From an uncultured Candidatus Saccharibacteria bacterium (GTDB lineage: Bacteria; Patescibacteriota; Minisyncoccia; Phycocordibacterales; UBA918): 64,000 nucleotides of DNA. The translations under genes were made by a program, and so were the position numbers. Shown in pieces: positions 26,843 to 37,405 of the stretch. The DNA lies in assembly GCA_964350645.1 (NCBI GenBank), contig CAYGJY010000002.1, positions 33,538 through 97,537 on the forward strand, given 5' to 3'. The notes below the pieces were generated by a model. It ran no database searches. It worked only from the letters and a program-made list of their open reading frames with translations, and had not been told where the DNA came from. Each line of letters begins with the position of its first letter. Position 1 is the stretch's first letter.

Positions 26843-27238
26843 ATGAATGAATCCCTCTGGTACGCCACTCTCATCAAACCGTCTTTTGCCCCACCTGCCT
26901 GGTTGTTTGGTCCGGTCTGGACAGTACTGTATGCAATCATTGCTGTCTCCTTTGGCTACGTACTCTACCAAACATTTAAAGGCAACCTACCCTGGCTTGT
27001 CGCCCTCCCGTTTGTACTCAATCTCTTGTTTAATTTTTCTTTTACCCCACTACAATTTGGTTTGCAAAACAATCTTTTGGCAGCGATAGATATTCTCCTC
27101 GTACTCGGGACAATGGTCTGGGCGGGCTATATGATTTATCCGTATGCCGCCTGGGTCGTGTATGTAAATATCCCCTACTTCCTGTGGGTCAGTTTTGCGA
27201 CCGTACTACAGCTCTCGATTACGTATTTGAATTGGTAG
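26843..27238 (+). CDS. tspO: TspO/MBR tryptophan-rich sensory protein (porphyrin-binding translocator protein)
   Basis: PSFAPPAWLFGPVWTVLYAIIAVSFG and five TM helices. Confidence 0.85.
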   Translation: MNESLWYATLIKPSFAPPAWLFGPVWTVLYAIIAVSFGYVLYQTFKGNLPWLVALPFVLNLLFNFSFTPLQFGLQNNLLAAIDILLVLGTMVWAGYMIYPYAAWVVYVNIPYFLWVSFATVLQLSITYLNW

Positions 27239-27356
27239 CTTTCCGACACCGATCACTGCAATACTTCACCTGCGCCCATTGCCCGCGCAATTTCCAAGAT
27301 TTACGGTTAGCAAATGTCCGACTACATGCGACACATATTTTTGTTTCACTCATCGC

Positions 27357-29012
27357 CTACACGTCAATTATTTCTAGCCTCTGACCCTCATGCTGGACCG
27401 CGACACTAAACCACATCTCAAAATAAAATGGATATGACATACCTTGCGCATCCGTAATTACTAATTCACCCGTGTCGGCAACAGTTAACACAAGCCCCTC
27501 TTCTCCTGGCACCACCACCTCTCCCGCTTGGCGCAGTGCGAGCCACGGAGCGGTGTAGGTACGCTCGCCGACTCGAAATACCACCATGATCGTCTTCGGT
27601 TCGAACCTAGTATCTAGATTACTAGGATCAAATACAAACCGATCATCGTTTTCATATCCAGCATAGGGGTTGCGCGCATAATCACGCTGATATCCGCTGG
27701 CTTCACTAAGGACGAGAGCGTTCGGGTACAGGCGGCGAACCTCACCAAGTGTGAGAAGTTGAAACGGCGCCAGCTCTAATTGCGCTTGATACAACGAACC
27801 AGCCAAGGCGTTACCGGTGCTCTGCTGCCACAAACTTTCGGTGGTGCGGTCATACATAATCATATTACTTTCCAAAAGTGAGCCCGACACGCCAAAGGTA
27901 GTGACCTCGCCAGTTGGTAAAGTGCGATCAAACACAATCGCACTCCCACAGAGTGGACAAAACGTCACCGCCACCGGCACACCATCAATCTCATCATTCA
28001 CAATCTCATGCCACGTCAAAATGTTGTACGGATACACTTTTATTTCAGTCTCACCCACAAGCACGATCGCCTGGACTGAGTCTGGTCGAGTAAACCCTGA
28101 CAGTGGCGTGAAGCTTGGCTCATCAATTGCCGGAATACCATCTTTACCTGGCCCTCCAGAAATTGCTGCTGCGAGCGCTGGGTCAGCGTTTGAAAAATCT
28201 GTTCGAGGAAACGCCTGAGCTAATGCCGGCGGAATAGGTACAGCCGTCGTTTCCATTTGGCTGCTGGTGCCCGACTGTGCTGGTGCAGTGTCTACCTCCT
28301 GGAGCAGATTCTGTTCAAACTGCAAGATACCATCGATGTAGCCGCGCTCCAGCACCCAGGTTTCAACTTGTTTATCAAGACCAGTCAGAATAAACAAACC
28401 AATCAACAGAAACAGCATGCCAATCCCGCGTTTTATCAGTCCATGACTATCAGCAGCCACCTGCAACTTGCTCGTCAGTCGCTGACCCAAAAGTGCAATC
28501 AAAATGAGTACTAAGACCAAGCCTCCGATGTACGCCAGAAGATACAGTGTGCCTAAGAAAAAACTGGCCGGTAGCACCGTTGCCAAAATCACGAAGTAAG
28601 TTGGGCTACACGAAGAGAACACCGGACCAAGCGCGGCGCCGACCAACACATCACCCCAGAAACTTTTCTTCTGGTACCCGGTACCCATGATCTGGTTGGC
28701 ACCAACGCTGGTCTTTTGCACAAACGGTAATCGTTCCCACAGGCGTGGAAAAAGGAGTACGAGTCCAAACCCGAGCAAGATACTACCCGACACGTACCCC
28801 CAGACATAATTCGGGATCGCAATCAGAGCGGTCGAGGCTTTCAATATGTAGGTGAAAAGAAGAATCGATAGCGCGAGTGACCCAATCACAATATACGGCG
28901 TGGCTTTACTGCGCCCCACACTACTCCCGATCACGACTGGCAAGAGCGGCAAGATACACGGTGCCAGGACCGTAAGCACACCGGCTAAAAACGAAATTAG
29001 GAGGAGGGTCAT
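27357..29012 (-). CDS. fusion of a CcdA/DsbD-type thiol-disulfide transporter TM domain and a C-terminal DUF3179 domain
   Basis: N-terminal LAPCILPLLPV and six TM helices. C-terminal VPVAVTFCPLCGSAIVFDR, typical of DUF3179. Confidence 0.55.
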   Translation of the reverse strand: MTLLLISFLAGVLTVLAPCILPLLPVVIGSSVGRSKATPYIVIGSLALSILLFTYILKASTALIAIPNYVWGYVSGSILLGFGLVLLFPRLWERLPFVQKTSVGANQIMGTGYQKKSFWGDVLVGAALGPVFSSCSPTYFVILATVLPASFFLGTLYLLAYIGGLVLVLILIALLGQRLTSKLQVAADSHGLIKRGIGMLFLLIGLFILTGLDKQVETWVLERGYIDGILQFEQNLLQEVDTAPAQSGTSSQMETTAVPIPPALAQAFPRTDFSNADPALAAAISGGPGKDGIPAIDEPSFTPLSGFTRPDSVQAIVLVGETEIKVYPYNILTWHEIVNDEIDGVPVAVTFCPLCGSAIVFDRTLPTGEVTTFGVSGSLLESNMIMYDRTTESLWQQSTGNALAGSLYQAQLELAPFQLLTLGEVRRLYPNALVLSEASGYQRDYARNPYAGYENDDRFVFDPSNLDTRFEPKTIMVVFRVGERTYTAPWLALRQAGEVVVPGEEGLVLTVADTGELVITDAQGMSYPFYFEMWFSVAVQHEGQRLEIIDV

Positions 29013-29018
29013 AGCAGC

Positions 29019-29555
29019 CTACAAACCAGCAAGTAGCTGATCAAGCGTGTTCGGATGGGTAATGCTACTTTCAGCGCTACCGTCTGCAGCGACTGAAATC
29101 AAGGAATGTTGTTTATTGACGCCGTACCGTTGTTTCAAAGCAGTCTCAGTGTCGTAGTCAACCTTAAAGATCGCCACGTCACCCGGGATAGCGGCAGCAT
29201 TATCCTGAATATTTTTCTCTAAGGCGCGACAGGTTGGGCACCAACTAGCATGGAAAAACAGGACATTATGGGTGGCCGTACTGGCCGCTAAAGCGCTTTC
29301 ACTGTAAGTAGTAAAAACTCCTGGGCCTGATACAGTTTCAGTCACAGACGTTACTTCACTATCCATTACATCGGCTGGTTGCTCAATTGCAGCCGCTTGA
29401 TTCTCTGGTGTTGATACGTCAGTTTCGATTTCTGTTTCCATCTCAGATTCAACCGCCACAGGTATCACTTCAGAAACTGGATCTGGTGAACTAGTGACAA
29501 CATATCCCACACCGCCAATAATTATAAGCGCCACTAAACCAATCAGAATATTCAT
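29019..29555 (-). CDS. membrane-anchored thioredoxin-like protein (TlpA/ResA-like)
   Basis: WCPTC active site (FFHASWCPTCRALE) after a TM anchor. Start taken at MNILIGL. Confidence 0.75.
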   Translation of the reverse strand: MNILIGLVALIIIGGVGYVVTSSPDPVSEVIPVAVESEMETEIETDVSTPENQAAAIEQPADVMDSEVTSVTETVSGPGVFTTYSESALAASTATHNVLFFHASWCPTCRALEKNIQDNAAAIPGDVAIFKVDYDTETALKQRYGVNKQHSLISVAADGSAESSITHPNTLDQLLAGL

Positions 29556-29632
29556 AAGAAATGTAAAATTATGTATTATATATAACCTAGTACGCCTCGA
29601 ACCACTACTTATTTCAGCGCCGCAGAACAATA

Positions 29633-30790
29633 TCAATTAGTGCGACTAAGTTGCGTAGTATCAATCCTAATGATTCGATCGTCGTTGGCAGTTGGGTTAC
29701 CACGGCCATCACGGTTACTGGTGAGGAGATACAAATGTCCATCTGGTCCAACTCGCACCGAGCGCAGTCGCCCATACTCATCCACAAAATGTTCCTGCCA
29801 CGCTACGATCTCTGTTTCAGTTTCATTTAGCATCGCTTGATACAGTGTCTCACCGCGCAGACCAGGCAGGTACAAACTGCCATCAAGATATTGCAGATCA
29901 CCCGGCGCCCAGGTGACACTGGCTGAGGAATGTCGTGTCGGAGCAATCGTATCATCAAGTACGGTATCGCCTTCACTGTCTGGCCAGCCATAGTTACCAC
30001 CAGCAGTAATCAGGTTAATTTCATCAAACCCGGAGCGAGCTCCTGAACGTCCATGTTCGCTGCTCCATAACCTGCCATTACTATCCCACGTCAAACCTTG
30101 CGGATTTCGGTGACCGTAAGAATACACCAGTGTCCCAAACGGATTACCGGGAGCTACTTCACCTTCAGCGGTCATACGGATGATGGTCCCTTCAAGACTG
30201 TCTTTGTTTTGTGCTTCTGCCGGATCAAGCGCGTCACCGACCGTAGCGTAGAGATAGCCATCAGGACCAAAAGCAAGTCGTCCACCATCGTGGTAGATGG
30301 CCCCCGGCAAGTCAGCCACGACTACACGATCAAGCACAAGCTCCCCGTCCCGGAGTGTATAGCGCACAATTTGGTTGGAAAGACCAATTCCATCAACCGT
30401 CGTTTCATACAGATAGATAAAATTATTGGTCGCAAAATCTGGATGTAACGCTACTCCCAACAATCCCCCTTCACCGGTTGACCTGACACCAGGAACAGCG
30501 ATTTCAATCCCTTCCTTAAGTAGCAGCAGCCGACCCGGCCGTTCTGTCACCAAGAGTTCCCCATCTGGTAGAAATACCACCTCCCACGGAACACTTAGAT
30601 TCTCAGCCACCACCTCCACCGGTGGCATGTCACTGTGAGTCTTGCTCACTAATGTCGATCCTGGATCGGTTTCGACCCGGCTATCAGAACCCACATACAC
30701 CGCTGGTGCTGCTGGTTCACGTGGCCCCTGCAGCCACCACACTCCCCCAAGTACAACTAGTAGTACTATACCGATTCCAATCCATTTCAT
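29633..30790 (-). CDS. soluble PQQ-type sugar (aldose/sorbosone) dehydrogenase beta-propeller (YliI family) with a signal/TM anchor
   Basis: GLLGVALHPDF, YGHRNPQGLTWD and GGNYGWP motifs. Confidence 0.75.
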   Translation of the reverse strand: MKWIGIGIVLLVVLGGVWWLQGPREPAAPAVYVGSDSRVETDPGSTLVSKTHSDMPPVEVVAENLSVPWEVVFLPDGELLVTERPGRLLLLKEGIEIAVPGVRSTGEGGLLGVALHPDFATNNFIYLYETTVDGIGLSNQIVRYTLRDGELVLDRVVVADLPGAIYHDGGRLAFGPDGYLYATVGDALDPAEAQNKDSLEGTIIRMTAEGEVAPGNPFGTLVYSYGHRNPQGLTWDSNGRLWSSEHGRSGARSGFDEINLITAGGNYGWPDSEGDTVLDDTIAPTRHSSASVTWAPGDLQYLDGSLYLPGLRGETLYQAMLNETETEIVAWQEHFVDEYGRLRSVRVGPDGHLYLLTSNRDGRGNPTANDDRIIRIDTTQLSRTN

Positions 30791-30838
30791 AACGCCAGTA
30801 TACCAAAGCCTATTTTATAAAAATAATCAGCGCTGTCG

Positions 30839-31096
30839 TTATCGAAAATGGATAAACAGCCGACCGTGGTTTTTGGTGTCTACCTCGAGTCGTTTGTACT
30901 GCGACTTAATTTCTTTTTGGTCGAGAAATTTCTTAACGCGTTTCATCAGTTGACCGCTCCCTTTACCCGGAATAATCTCCGCGGTCTTGACGCGCTTGCG
31001 GACTGCTTCAAGAAGCAGCTCCGCAAGCGCGTCATCTACCGCTCGTCCGTCTTTTGCAAGCGGGTGCAGATCAAGATGTAAAACTGATTTTGACAT
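30839..31096 (-). CDS. Smr-domain protein (small MutS-related)
   Basis: LDLHPL...IIPGKGSGQLMKRVKKFL is the Smr signature. Confidence 0.6.
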   Translation of the reverse strand: MSKSVLHLDLHPLAKDGRAVDDALAELLLEAVRKRVKTAEIIPGKGSGQLMKRVKKFLDQKEIKSQYKRLEVDTKNHGRLFIHFR

Positions 31097-31325
31097 ACTA
31101 ATTTACTGACGCTCCAATGTGTCTACCTCAATCACCCCAAGGACCCCAAAATGAAACCAGGAGTAGTTATCATATTCCTACAGATATCAATACTTTCATG
31201 TCTGGCAGTATAACAGAGGTTCTACAAGTATTATTGTTGAGTGAATACTCTAAGCAAACAACCTCTAACAGCCAGTAGGCTAATTAACCGTTCAGTCAAT
31301 TATTATAGCGTGTAGTTATTCTAAA

Positions 31326-31865
31326 TTATTTTACTTCAATGGTAGTTGAACCTGCCAGATAATCCACCTCATACGGAACATAGGTCGCAGTGTAGGCGCC
31401 ATACTGATTAATCCGCCACGTTACCTTGGTGTAGCCATCATCTCCAATCACCACTGCTTTTTTATTAGTGTTCACCACTCCTGGTCCAAACAAATCCACC
31501 ACGACTGTCTCACCTGGAATCCCCCGCACAGCACCATAGACCTCACTATATTGTCCTGGTGAAACATGCGCAAAAGTGAGTTCGACTCCAGTGTTTTCTA
31601 GTTGGGCAATTTCTTGCACCGTTGCATCACGAAAACCACCCTGGCCGTCGGGCATTGAATAATTTGTCTCTATCCCAAAACGCTTTTCATTTGAAGCGTT
31701 CATTTTCATAGTCTCGTCGGTACCTGACAATGGAACAGCTACGACTTCTTCTTCAGACGCCTCACTTTGCTTAGCATCCTCCAGCACATCCTTCGGACTC
31801 AATACAAAAAATAATAAAAGAATTATTGCCAACAACCCTCCCCCAATCAGTAACTTAGTGTCCAT
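31326..31865 (-). CDS. hypothetical secreted protein (N-terminal TM/signal)
   Basis: Signal-like LIGGGLLAIILLLFFVL; no family recognised. Confidence 0.4.
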   Translation of the reverse strand: MDTKLLIGGGLLAIILLLFFVLSPKDVLEDAKQSEASEEEVVAVPLSGTDETMKMNASNEKRFGIETNYSMPDGQGGFRDATVQEIAQLENTGVELTFAHVSPGQYSEVYGAVRGIPGETVVVDLFGPGVVNTNKKAVVIGDDGYTKVTWRINQYGAYTATYVPYEVDYLAGSTTIEVK

Positions 31866-31883
31866 GTCTAAGATAGTACATAT

Positions 31884-32228
31884 CTAATAAAGATTCTCAC
31901 ACGCATCGCCATCACGATCTCTATCTAAATCATGTGGGTCAATCATTGGGCCACCTTGTTCCTCATAAAAATCTTGGGCATCAATCCAATATTCGAAGTC
32001 AGCGCAGTCGTAGTCACGAAAACTCGTACGTGCGAGGTTGCGAGCACTCGTTCGTGCTGAACGCACGTTAGTACTACTTTCTTTCTGCTCACTCACTCCA
32101 CTATTATGGCAATGGTAGTCACCAGTCTTAGTATTGTTATGACAACCTGCACTATTAGTGCGCCCGCCATGAGCAAAAACACTCATTGGCATGAGCACGA
32201 GAAGCAATGTAACAAGTACTGACTGCAT
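31884..32228 (-). CDS. secreted protein with a YHYH-like motif and a C-terminal Excalibur calcium-binding motif
   Basis: GCHNNTKTGDYHCH and DRDRDGDACE (DxDxDGxxCE). Start at MQSV, overlapping the upstream stop as TAATG. Confidence 0.5.
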   Translation of the reverse strand: MQSVLVTLLLVLMPMSVFAHGGRTNSAGCHNNTKTGDYHCHNSGVSEQKESSTNVRSARTSARNLARTSFRDYDCADFEYWIDAQDFYEEQGGPMIDPHDLDRDRDGDACENLY

Positions 32229-32449
32229 TACGGCATGACTGTTAAGCCAATAACGAACCCCGTAGCAACAATCACTGCAGCAAATACAATCGCTACACTT
32301 ATATTGCCACTTTGTAACTCTTCCCACTCATTGATTGGTGAAATCCACGAAAATAGCTTCGTCAAGATTCCCAGTGATACTGCCATCGAAATAGCCCCAG
32401 TAATCGCCCACCCAAAGGTAATCGCATATTGTGTTAAAAGTATATCCAT
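32228..32449 (-). CDS. DUF350-like small membrane protein
   Basis: Two TM helices; its stop overlaps the start of the next gene. Confidence 0.45.
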   Translation of the reverse strand: MDILLTQYAITFGWAITGAISMAVSLGILTKLFSWISPINEWEELQSGNISVAIVFAAVIVATGFVIGLTVMP

Positions 32450-32552
32450 ATAAAGACACTATACTCCCTTGGTCTAAAGTTTCAATACTAACAAAATCTG
32501 CCACATACAATATAGTTGGCAGATTTTGTATTCGCTTATCCTATAAATCTCA

Positions 32553-33425
32553 CTATTCAGCGTACCAATCAAGAATTTCTACCTTGATGTCTTCGCTACC
32601 AGCTTGCACAATCTCTCTAAAACGTTCAACATCGCTAAAGCCATCGGGGGTGCGGAAGTGATACGGGTAAATCACCTTTGGAGCAAAAGCAAGGACCGCT
32701 TCAGCAGCCGCATCGACATCCATCGTGTACGGTAAGTTCATCGACACAAACGCTACGTCAATGTTTTCAAGGGCGCGCATTTTTGGAGTACCTTCGGTGT
32801 CTCCCGAAAAGTACACACGAGATATACCGTCATCAAACACGACTCCAATATCACCGCGTGACTGTGGATGAAAGTTCTGCGCTTCTTCGCGTGTGTTATA
32901 GGCAGCAACCGCTTCGAGTGTGAGTGGATTGATCGTCGTAGTTTCGCCTGGAGCTAACGCCACGACAGTAGCCACAATTCCTTCAGGTAATTGATCAACC
33001 ACATCTTGTGGAGCGATCAGTGTCGTTGTCTCACGTAACATTGCTGGTAAATTCTCAGCATCAAAGTGGTCTCCATGTCGATGAGTAATAAATACCACGT
33101 CGGGTATACCATACGCAATATAGAGCGCCGCTTCACCAACTGGATCAGCGAAGATGAGTGTGTCACCCCACTGCACCACTGCCGAGGCGTGGGAAATCGG
33201 TGCCAGCTCTACGCCTGGAGCAATCTCAATAAAGCTCACATCGCCATGCATCATGTCATCATCATGAGAGTGGTTTTCGTCTTTATTGTGCTTCTCTTCG
33301 TGTGTCATATCTTTTTTATAGTCTTTATCGTGTCCTGTACCATGGTGCATAACTTCAAAAGCAAACAGTGCGCTTATCGTTACCGCCACCCCGATTAGTC
33401 CTCCAAGTATGTATTCTTTCTTCAT
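32553..33425 (-). CDS. metallo-beta-lactamase fold hydrolase with a signal/TM and a His-rich N-terminal region
   Basis: FITHRHGDH (HxHxDH) metal-binding motif. Confidence 0.7.
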   Translation of the reverse strand: MKKEYILGGLIGVAVTISALFAFEVMHHGTGHDKDYKKDMTHEEKHNKDENHSHDDDMMHGDVSFIEIAPGVELAPISHASAVVQWGDTLIFADPVGEAALYIAYGIPDVVFITHRHGDHFDAENLPAMLRETTTLIAPQDVVDQLPEGIVATVVALAPGETTTINPLTLEAVAAYNTREEAQNFHPQSRGDIGVVFDDGISRVYFSGDTEGTPKMRALENIDVAFVSMNLPYTMDVDAAAEAVLAFAPKVIYPYHFRTPDGFSDVERFREIVQAGSEDIKVEILDWYAE

Positions 33426-33566
33426 AGCAAACCCTGCGTTTTATTTATATGTGATTAATATATCCAGTATAACAAATCTTTTTTGACGTCTCATTTCTGC
33501 TCTAAAGCCCCGAATACAAATATATTGTATACTTCAAGTATATCCACCAATAACTACCTCTCTATG

Positions 33567-34442
33567 TTACCCCTGACTATTATCCTCATTATTCTCCTAC
33601 TGCTCTCACCTTCGATTATCTACGTTGTCCGCGGAAAAACAGCTGCTATTCTTGAGACCTTCGGTAAGCCCCACCCTTCCGCCGTTTTTCCGGGACTACA
33701 TTTCAAGCTTCCGTTCCCAATCACCAACATTGTTGCTCGAATTAACCTCCAACAACAGGAGATTCACGCCGATGTATCAGTAAAAACTATCGATAATGCT
33801 TTTCTAACACTGCCAGTTAAAGTGCAGTACCGGGCGAGCAGCGATCCACTTGGAGCAGTCAAGGCGCACTATGAGCTCGAACGACCAGAACAACAAATTT
33901 CTTCATACGTTCTCAACAATGTTAGACAAACTGCCTCTGGTATGGAGATGACCGAGCTCTACGCAAACCGCGACGTTGTTGAACAACAAGTTCAAGTAGC
34001 CTTGAGTGAACGCTTTGAAAAGTTTGGGTACATTATCGAAAACGTTCTTGTTGACGAGCCTCAGCCCAGTAGTGAGGTACGCGATGCCTTCAACCGCGTG
34101 ATTGCTTCAAAGCGACTGATGGAAGCAGCCCAAAACGAAGCTGAGGCAGAGCGCATCAAACTTGTCGGTGCTGCTCGTGCTGAAGCGGAGAGCAAGCGTC
34201 TGCAAGGTGAAGGTATGGCAGAGATGCGCACTGCCATTGCTAACGGTCTTGAAGCAGCGATGCAAACTATGGAACGCTCTGGTCTTGATGTTGCAACCGC
34301 TATCTCTTTCCTCAACGATACCAACCGCATTGATGCCATTACCACTGCAGCTGAGACTGGCAATTTGATCATCATGGATACCCGCAGTGACAATGATATG
34401 AGCCGGACCATCGCAGCCGTCAAAGCTTCAACGCATAACTAA
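33567..34442 (+). CDS. SPFH/band-7 (stomatin/HflC-like) membrane protein
   Basis: TM anchor followed by the SPFH core and an Ala/Glu-rich coiled-coil (EAAQNEAEAERIKLVGAARAEAESKR). Confidence 0.75.
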   Translation, partial: LPLTIILIILLLLSPSIIYVVRGKTAAILETFGKPHPSAVFPGLHFKLPFPITNIVARINLQQQEIHADVSVKTIDNAFLTLPVKVQYRASSDPLGAVKAHYELERPEQQISSYVLNNVRQTASGMEMTELYANRDVVEQQVQVALSERFEKFGYIIENVLVDEPQPSSEVRDAFNRVIASKRLMEAAQNEAEAERIKLVGAARAEAESKRLQGEGMAEMRTAIANGLEAAMQTMERSGLDVATAISFLNDTNRIDAITTAAETGNLIIMDTRSDNDMSRTIAAVKASTHN

Positions 34443-34505
34443 AAATCTTTTACTGAGTAAGGCTACTTGATGTTTCATTAAGTAATAATCAGGTATACTC
34501 TTCCC

Positions 34506-35957
34506 ATGACTGAAGCGACCGTTGTCTATCCGCATCAATTATTTAAAGACTCGCCGGCCATCAAAGATGGCCGGCTTGTGTATCTTGTGGAAGAATCTCT
34601 TCTCCTTACCTATAATCCGATCCATCGGCAAAAGCTCATGCTACATAAGCTTTCAATGGATGCGTATCAAGCGGAGCTTGAAGCGGCGGGTCACTGCGTG
34701 ACCCGCCTCACCATCCAGGACCATCCGGACACTACTACTGTGTTTGAGCGTCTTCAGTCTGACGGTATTACATCCATTCATGTAGTCGACACCACTGACA
34801 CCTACCTTGAAGCTGCAATTACTGAATCAGGCCTCGAACGTGTGTGGTACGAATCCCCACTGTTTATACTTGAAAAAAATGACGCGATCGGCCGCTACCA
34901 GAAAAGTACTAAGCACCTAGCAAGGTTTTACAAACAGCTTCGTCTCGACAAAAAAATCTTGCTGGAAAAAGATGGATCACCAACTGGCGGTGCCTGGAAC
35001 TTTGACACAGAAAATCGTAAAAAGATTCCCAAAAATATTGAACTACCCGAGGACATCGAATGGCTCGAGAGTTCTGCAATCACAGCTGCAGTCGATTGGA
35101 TTAGAAGTGTCCCGGCTGAACAATACGGGGAAACTAATTATTGGATTCCGTACACCAGACATGATGCTGAAGCGTATTTAAAACAATTTTTCGCTGATCG
35201 TTTTCACGACTTCGGCCCATATGAAGACGCTTTCAATACAACCCACACCCGCCTCTGGCACTCAACCCTATCTCCTCTTCTCAACATTGGTCTACTGACC
35301 CCAGCAGAAGTACTTAAAGCGGCCCTCACTCACGGTAAGAAAAAGCAGGTGCCTATTAATTCCCTCGAAGGGTTTGTACGGCAAATCCTGGGCTGGCGCG
35401 AATTTATTCGCGCCAGCTACGAGTGCGACGGCAGTGTTATGCGATCACAAAACTTCTGGCAGCACACTCGTTCGCTGCCAGAAGCTTTTTGGAAAGGAAC
35501 CACCTATCTCACACCCGTCGATCATGCGATTCACACTGCACTCCACTACGGCTACAACCATCATATTGAACGACTGATGGTACTCGGTAATATAATGCTT
35601 CTCTCAGGTATCCATCCGACCGAAGTGTATCGCTGGTTTATGGGTATGTACGTTGACGCTTATGACTGGGTCATGGTGCCCAATGTCTACGGCATGAGTC
35701 AATTCTCTGATGGTGGTAGCTTTGCAACTAAACCATACATCAGCGGCGCTAACTACATTAAAAAAATGTCCAACTTCAAAACCGGTGACTGGGAAGAAAC
35801 ATGGACTGCCCTCTACTGGAACTTCATCGCTACTCACCTCGACTATTTCAAATCCAACCATCGCTTATCGATGATGCCCCGGATGCTGGAGAAGATGGAT
35901 GAAACAAAGCAGACTGCTGTACAGCAGCTTGCCAATGACTACCTCACCAAACTCTAA
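34506..35957 (+). CDS. cryptochrome/photolyase-family protein (photolyase-related, COG3046-like)
   Basis: GWREFIRASYE and the C-terminal FAD-binding region typical of photolyase-related proteins. Confidence 0.65.
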   Translation: MTEATVVYPHQLFKDSPAIKDGRLVYLVEESLLLTYNPIHRQKLMLHKLSMDAYQAELEAAGHCVTRLTIQDHPDTTTVFERLQSDGITSIHVVDTTDTYLEAAITESGLERVWYESPLFILEKNDAIGRYQKSTKHLARFYKQLRLDKKILLEKDGSPTGGAWNFDTENRKKIPKNIELPEDIEWLESSAITAAVDWIRSVPAEQYGETNYWIPYTRHDAEAYLKQFFADRFHDFGPYEDAFNTTHTRLWHSTLSPLLNIGLLTPAEVLKAALTHGKKKQVPINSLEGFVRQILGWREFIRASYECDGSVMRSQNFWQHTRSLPEAFWKGTTYLTPVDHAIHTALHYGYNHHIERLMVLGNIMLLSGIHPTEVYRWFMGMYVDAYDWVMVPNVYGMSQFSDGGSFATKPYISGANYIKKMSNFKTGDWEETWTALYWNFIATHLDYFKSNHRLSMMPRMLEKMDETKQTAVQQLANDYLTKL

Positions 35958-37286
35958 CTACCAACCAAGTTCACGCATTCCCGCAAAAACTCGAACAAAC
36001 CCACCAACGTTAGCTCCGTCAACATAATCGATAGAGCCATCAGCTTGCTTGCCGTACTGTTCACACGTTGCGTGAATACTTTTCATAATCTCACGGAGCT
36101 CAGTATCAACATCTTCACATTTCCACGGGTGGTGTGATGCATTTTGTGCCATCTCAAGACCAGAGACTGCGACCCCGCCAGCATTGACTGCCTTGGCTGG
36201 ACCAAACAATACTTGTGAGTCTTTAAAGGCGGCAATCGCTTCAAGATTTGAAGGCATATTAGCTCCTTCAGCCACCAAGATAGCCCCGTGATCAATAATC
36301 GCTTTAGCGTCAGCTTCATTGATTTCATTTTGGGTGGCACAGGGGAAATACAGATCAGCCTGCACTGCTCGCCACGGTTTCCCCTCATTATGTGAAGCCC
36401 CCTCAATTTGTACCTCAGCCAAAGACTGTCCACTTTCTTTCACTGCTTCAATAGTATCAATATCATTAGCCGAAAAACCGCTGTCTTTCTGCAAATAACC
36501 TCCACGATCAGAGAGCGTCAAGACAGTCGCTTTTTCTTCAATCAGCTTACGTGCAGCATACAAAGCGACATTACCAGAACCAGACACCACTGCAGTTTTA
36601 CCAACCAATTTCTCATCCTTAGTCTTGAGCATTTCAGCCGCAAAATATATCGCACCATAGCCAGTCGCTTCAGTGCGTCCACACGAACCACCGAAGTTGA
36701 CACTCTTGCCGGTTAACACACCGTCGTTCCGATTAGCAATTTGTTTATACATGCCATACAGGTAGCCAATCTCTTTTCCGCCAACCCCAATATCCCCCGC
36801 CGGCACGTCGGTCTCAATGCCAATATGACGATAGAGCTCCGTCATAAACGCTCGGCAGAAAGACCGAATCTCAGTATCACTTTTACCTTTTGGGTTAAAG
36901 TCACTACCCCCCTTGCCAGCGCCGAGGGGCAAGCCAGTCAAAGCATTTTTAAAAATTTGTTCAAATCCTAGAAATTTTAAAATATCTTCACTTACTGATG
37001 CGTCAAAACGTAAGCCACCCTTATAGGGACCTAGAACCGAGTTAAACTGTACTCGGTAACCAGTGTTGTACTGAAGCTTCCCGGCATCATCTTGCCAGGT
37101 AACCCGGAAACTAATAATCCTCTCAGGCACGAGAAGTCGCTGCAAGCGAGCATAATCTTCTTCCGTAGCTTCAATCTTTTCTAAATACTCACCAATGCTG
37201 TCAAAGAACTCGGTGACGGTCTGAATAAAAATAGGTTGATGTGGGTAGGTTTCTTTAAGATTCGCAAGGATAGCAGTAGTATTCAT
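35958..37286 (-). CDS. gdhA: NADP-specific glutamate dehydrogenase
   Basis: GGLRFDASVS, catalytic K region GAGKGGSDF, and the Rossmann fold GSGNVALYAA. Confidence 0.9.
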   Translation of the reverse strand: MNTTAILANLKETYPHQPIFIQTVTEFFDSIGEYLEKIEATEEDYARLQRLLVPERIISFRVTWQDDAGKLQYNTGYRVQFNSVLGPYKGGLRFDASVSEDILKFLGFEQIFKNALTGLPLGAGKGGSDFNPKGKSDTEIRSFCRAFMTELYRHIGIETDVPAGDIGVGGKEIGYLYGMYKQIANRNDGVLTGKSVNFGGSCGRTEATGYGAIYFAAEMLKTKDEKLVGKTAVVSGSGNVALYAARKLIEEKATVLTLSDRGGYLQKDSGFSANDIDTIEAVKESGQSLAEVQIEGASHNEGKPWRAVQADLYFPCATQNEINEADAKAIIDHGAILVAEGANMPSNLEAIAAFKDSQVLFGPAKAVNAGGVAVSGLEMAQNASHHPWKCEDVDTELREIMKSIHATCEQYGKQADGSIDYVDGANVGGFVRVFAGMRELGW

Positions 37287-37405
37287 AACAAAGTAATTAA
37301 CTAGGCTGTTTCAGTATATTACAAAACAGCTACTTCTTATACGCAGAAGTACCCTACATAATACACCGCTGCAACGCGGGGTACTAACCTAAGCTTCATG
37401 AGACC

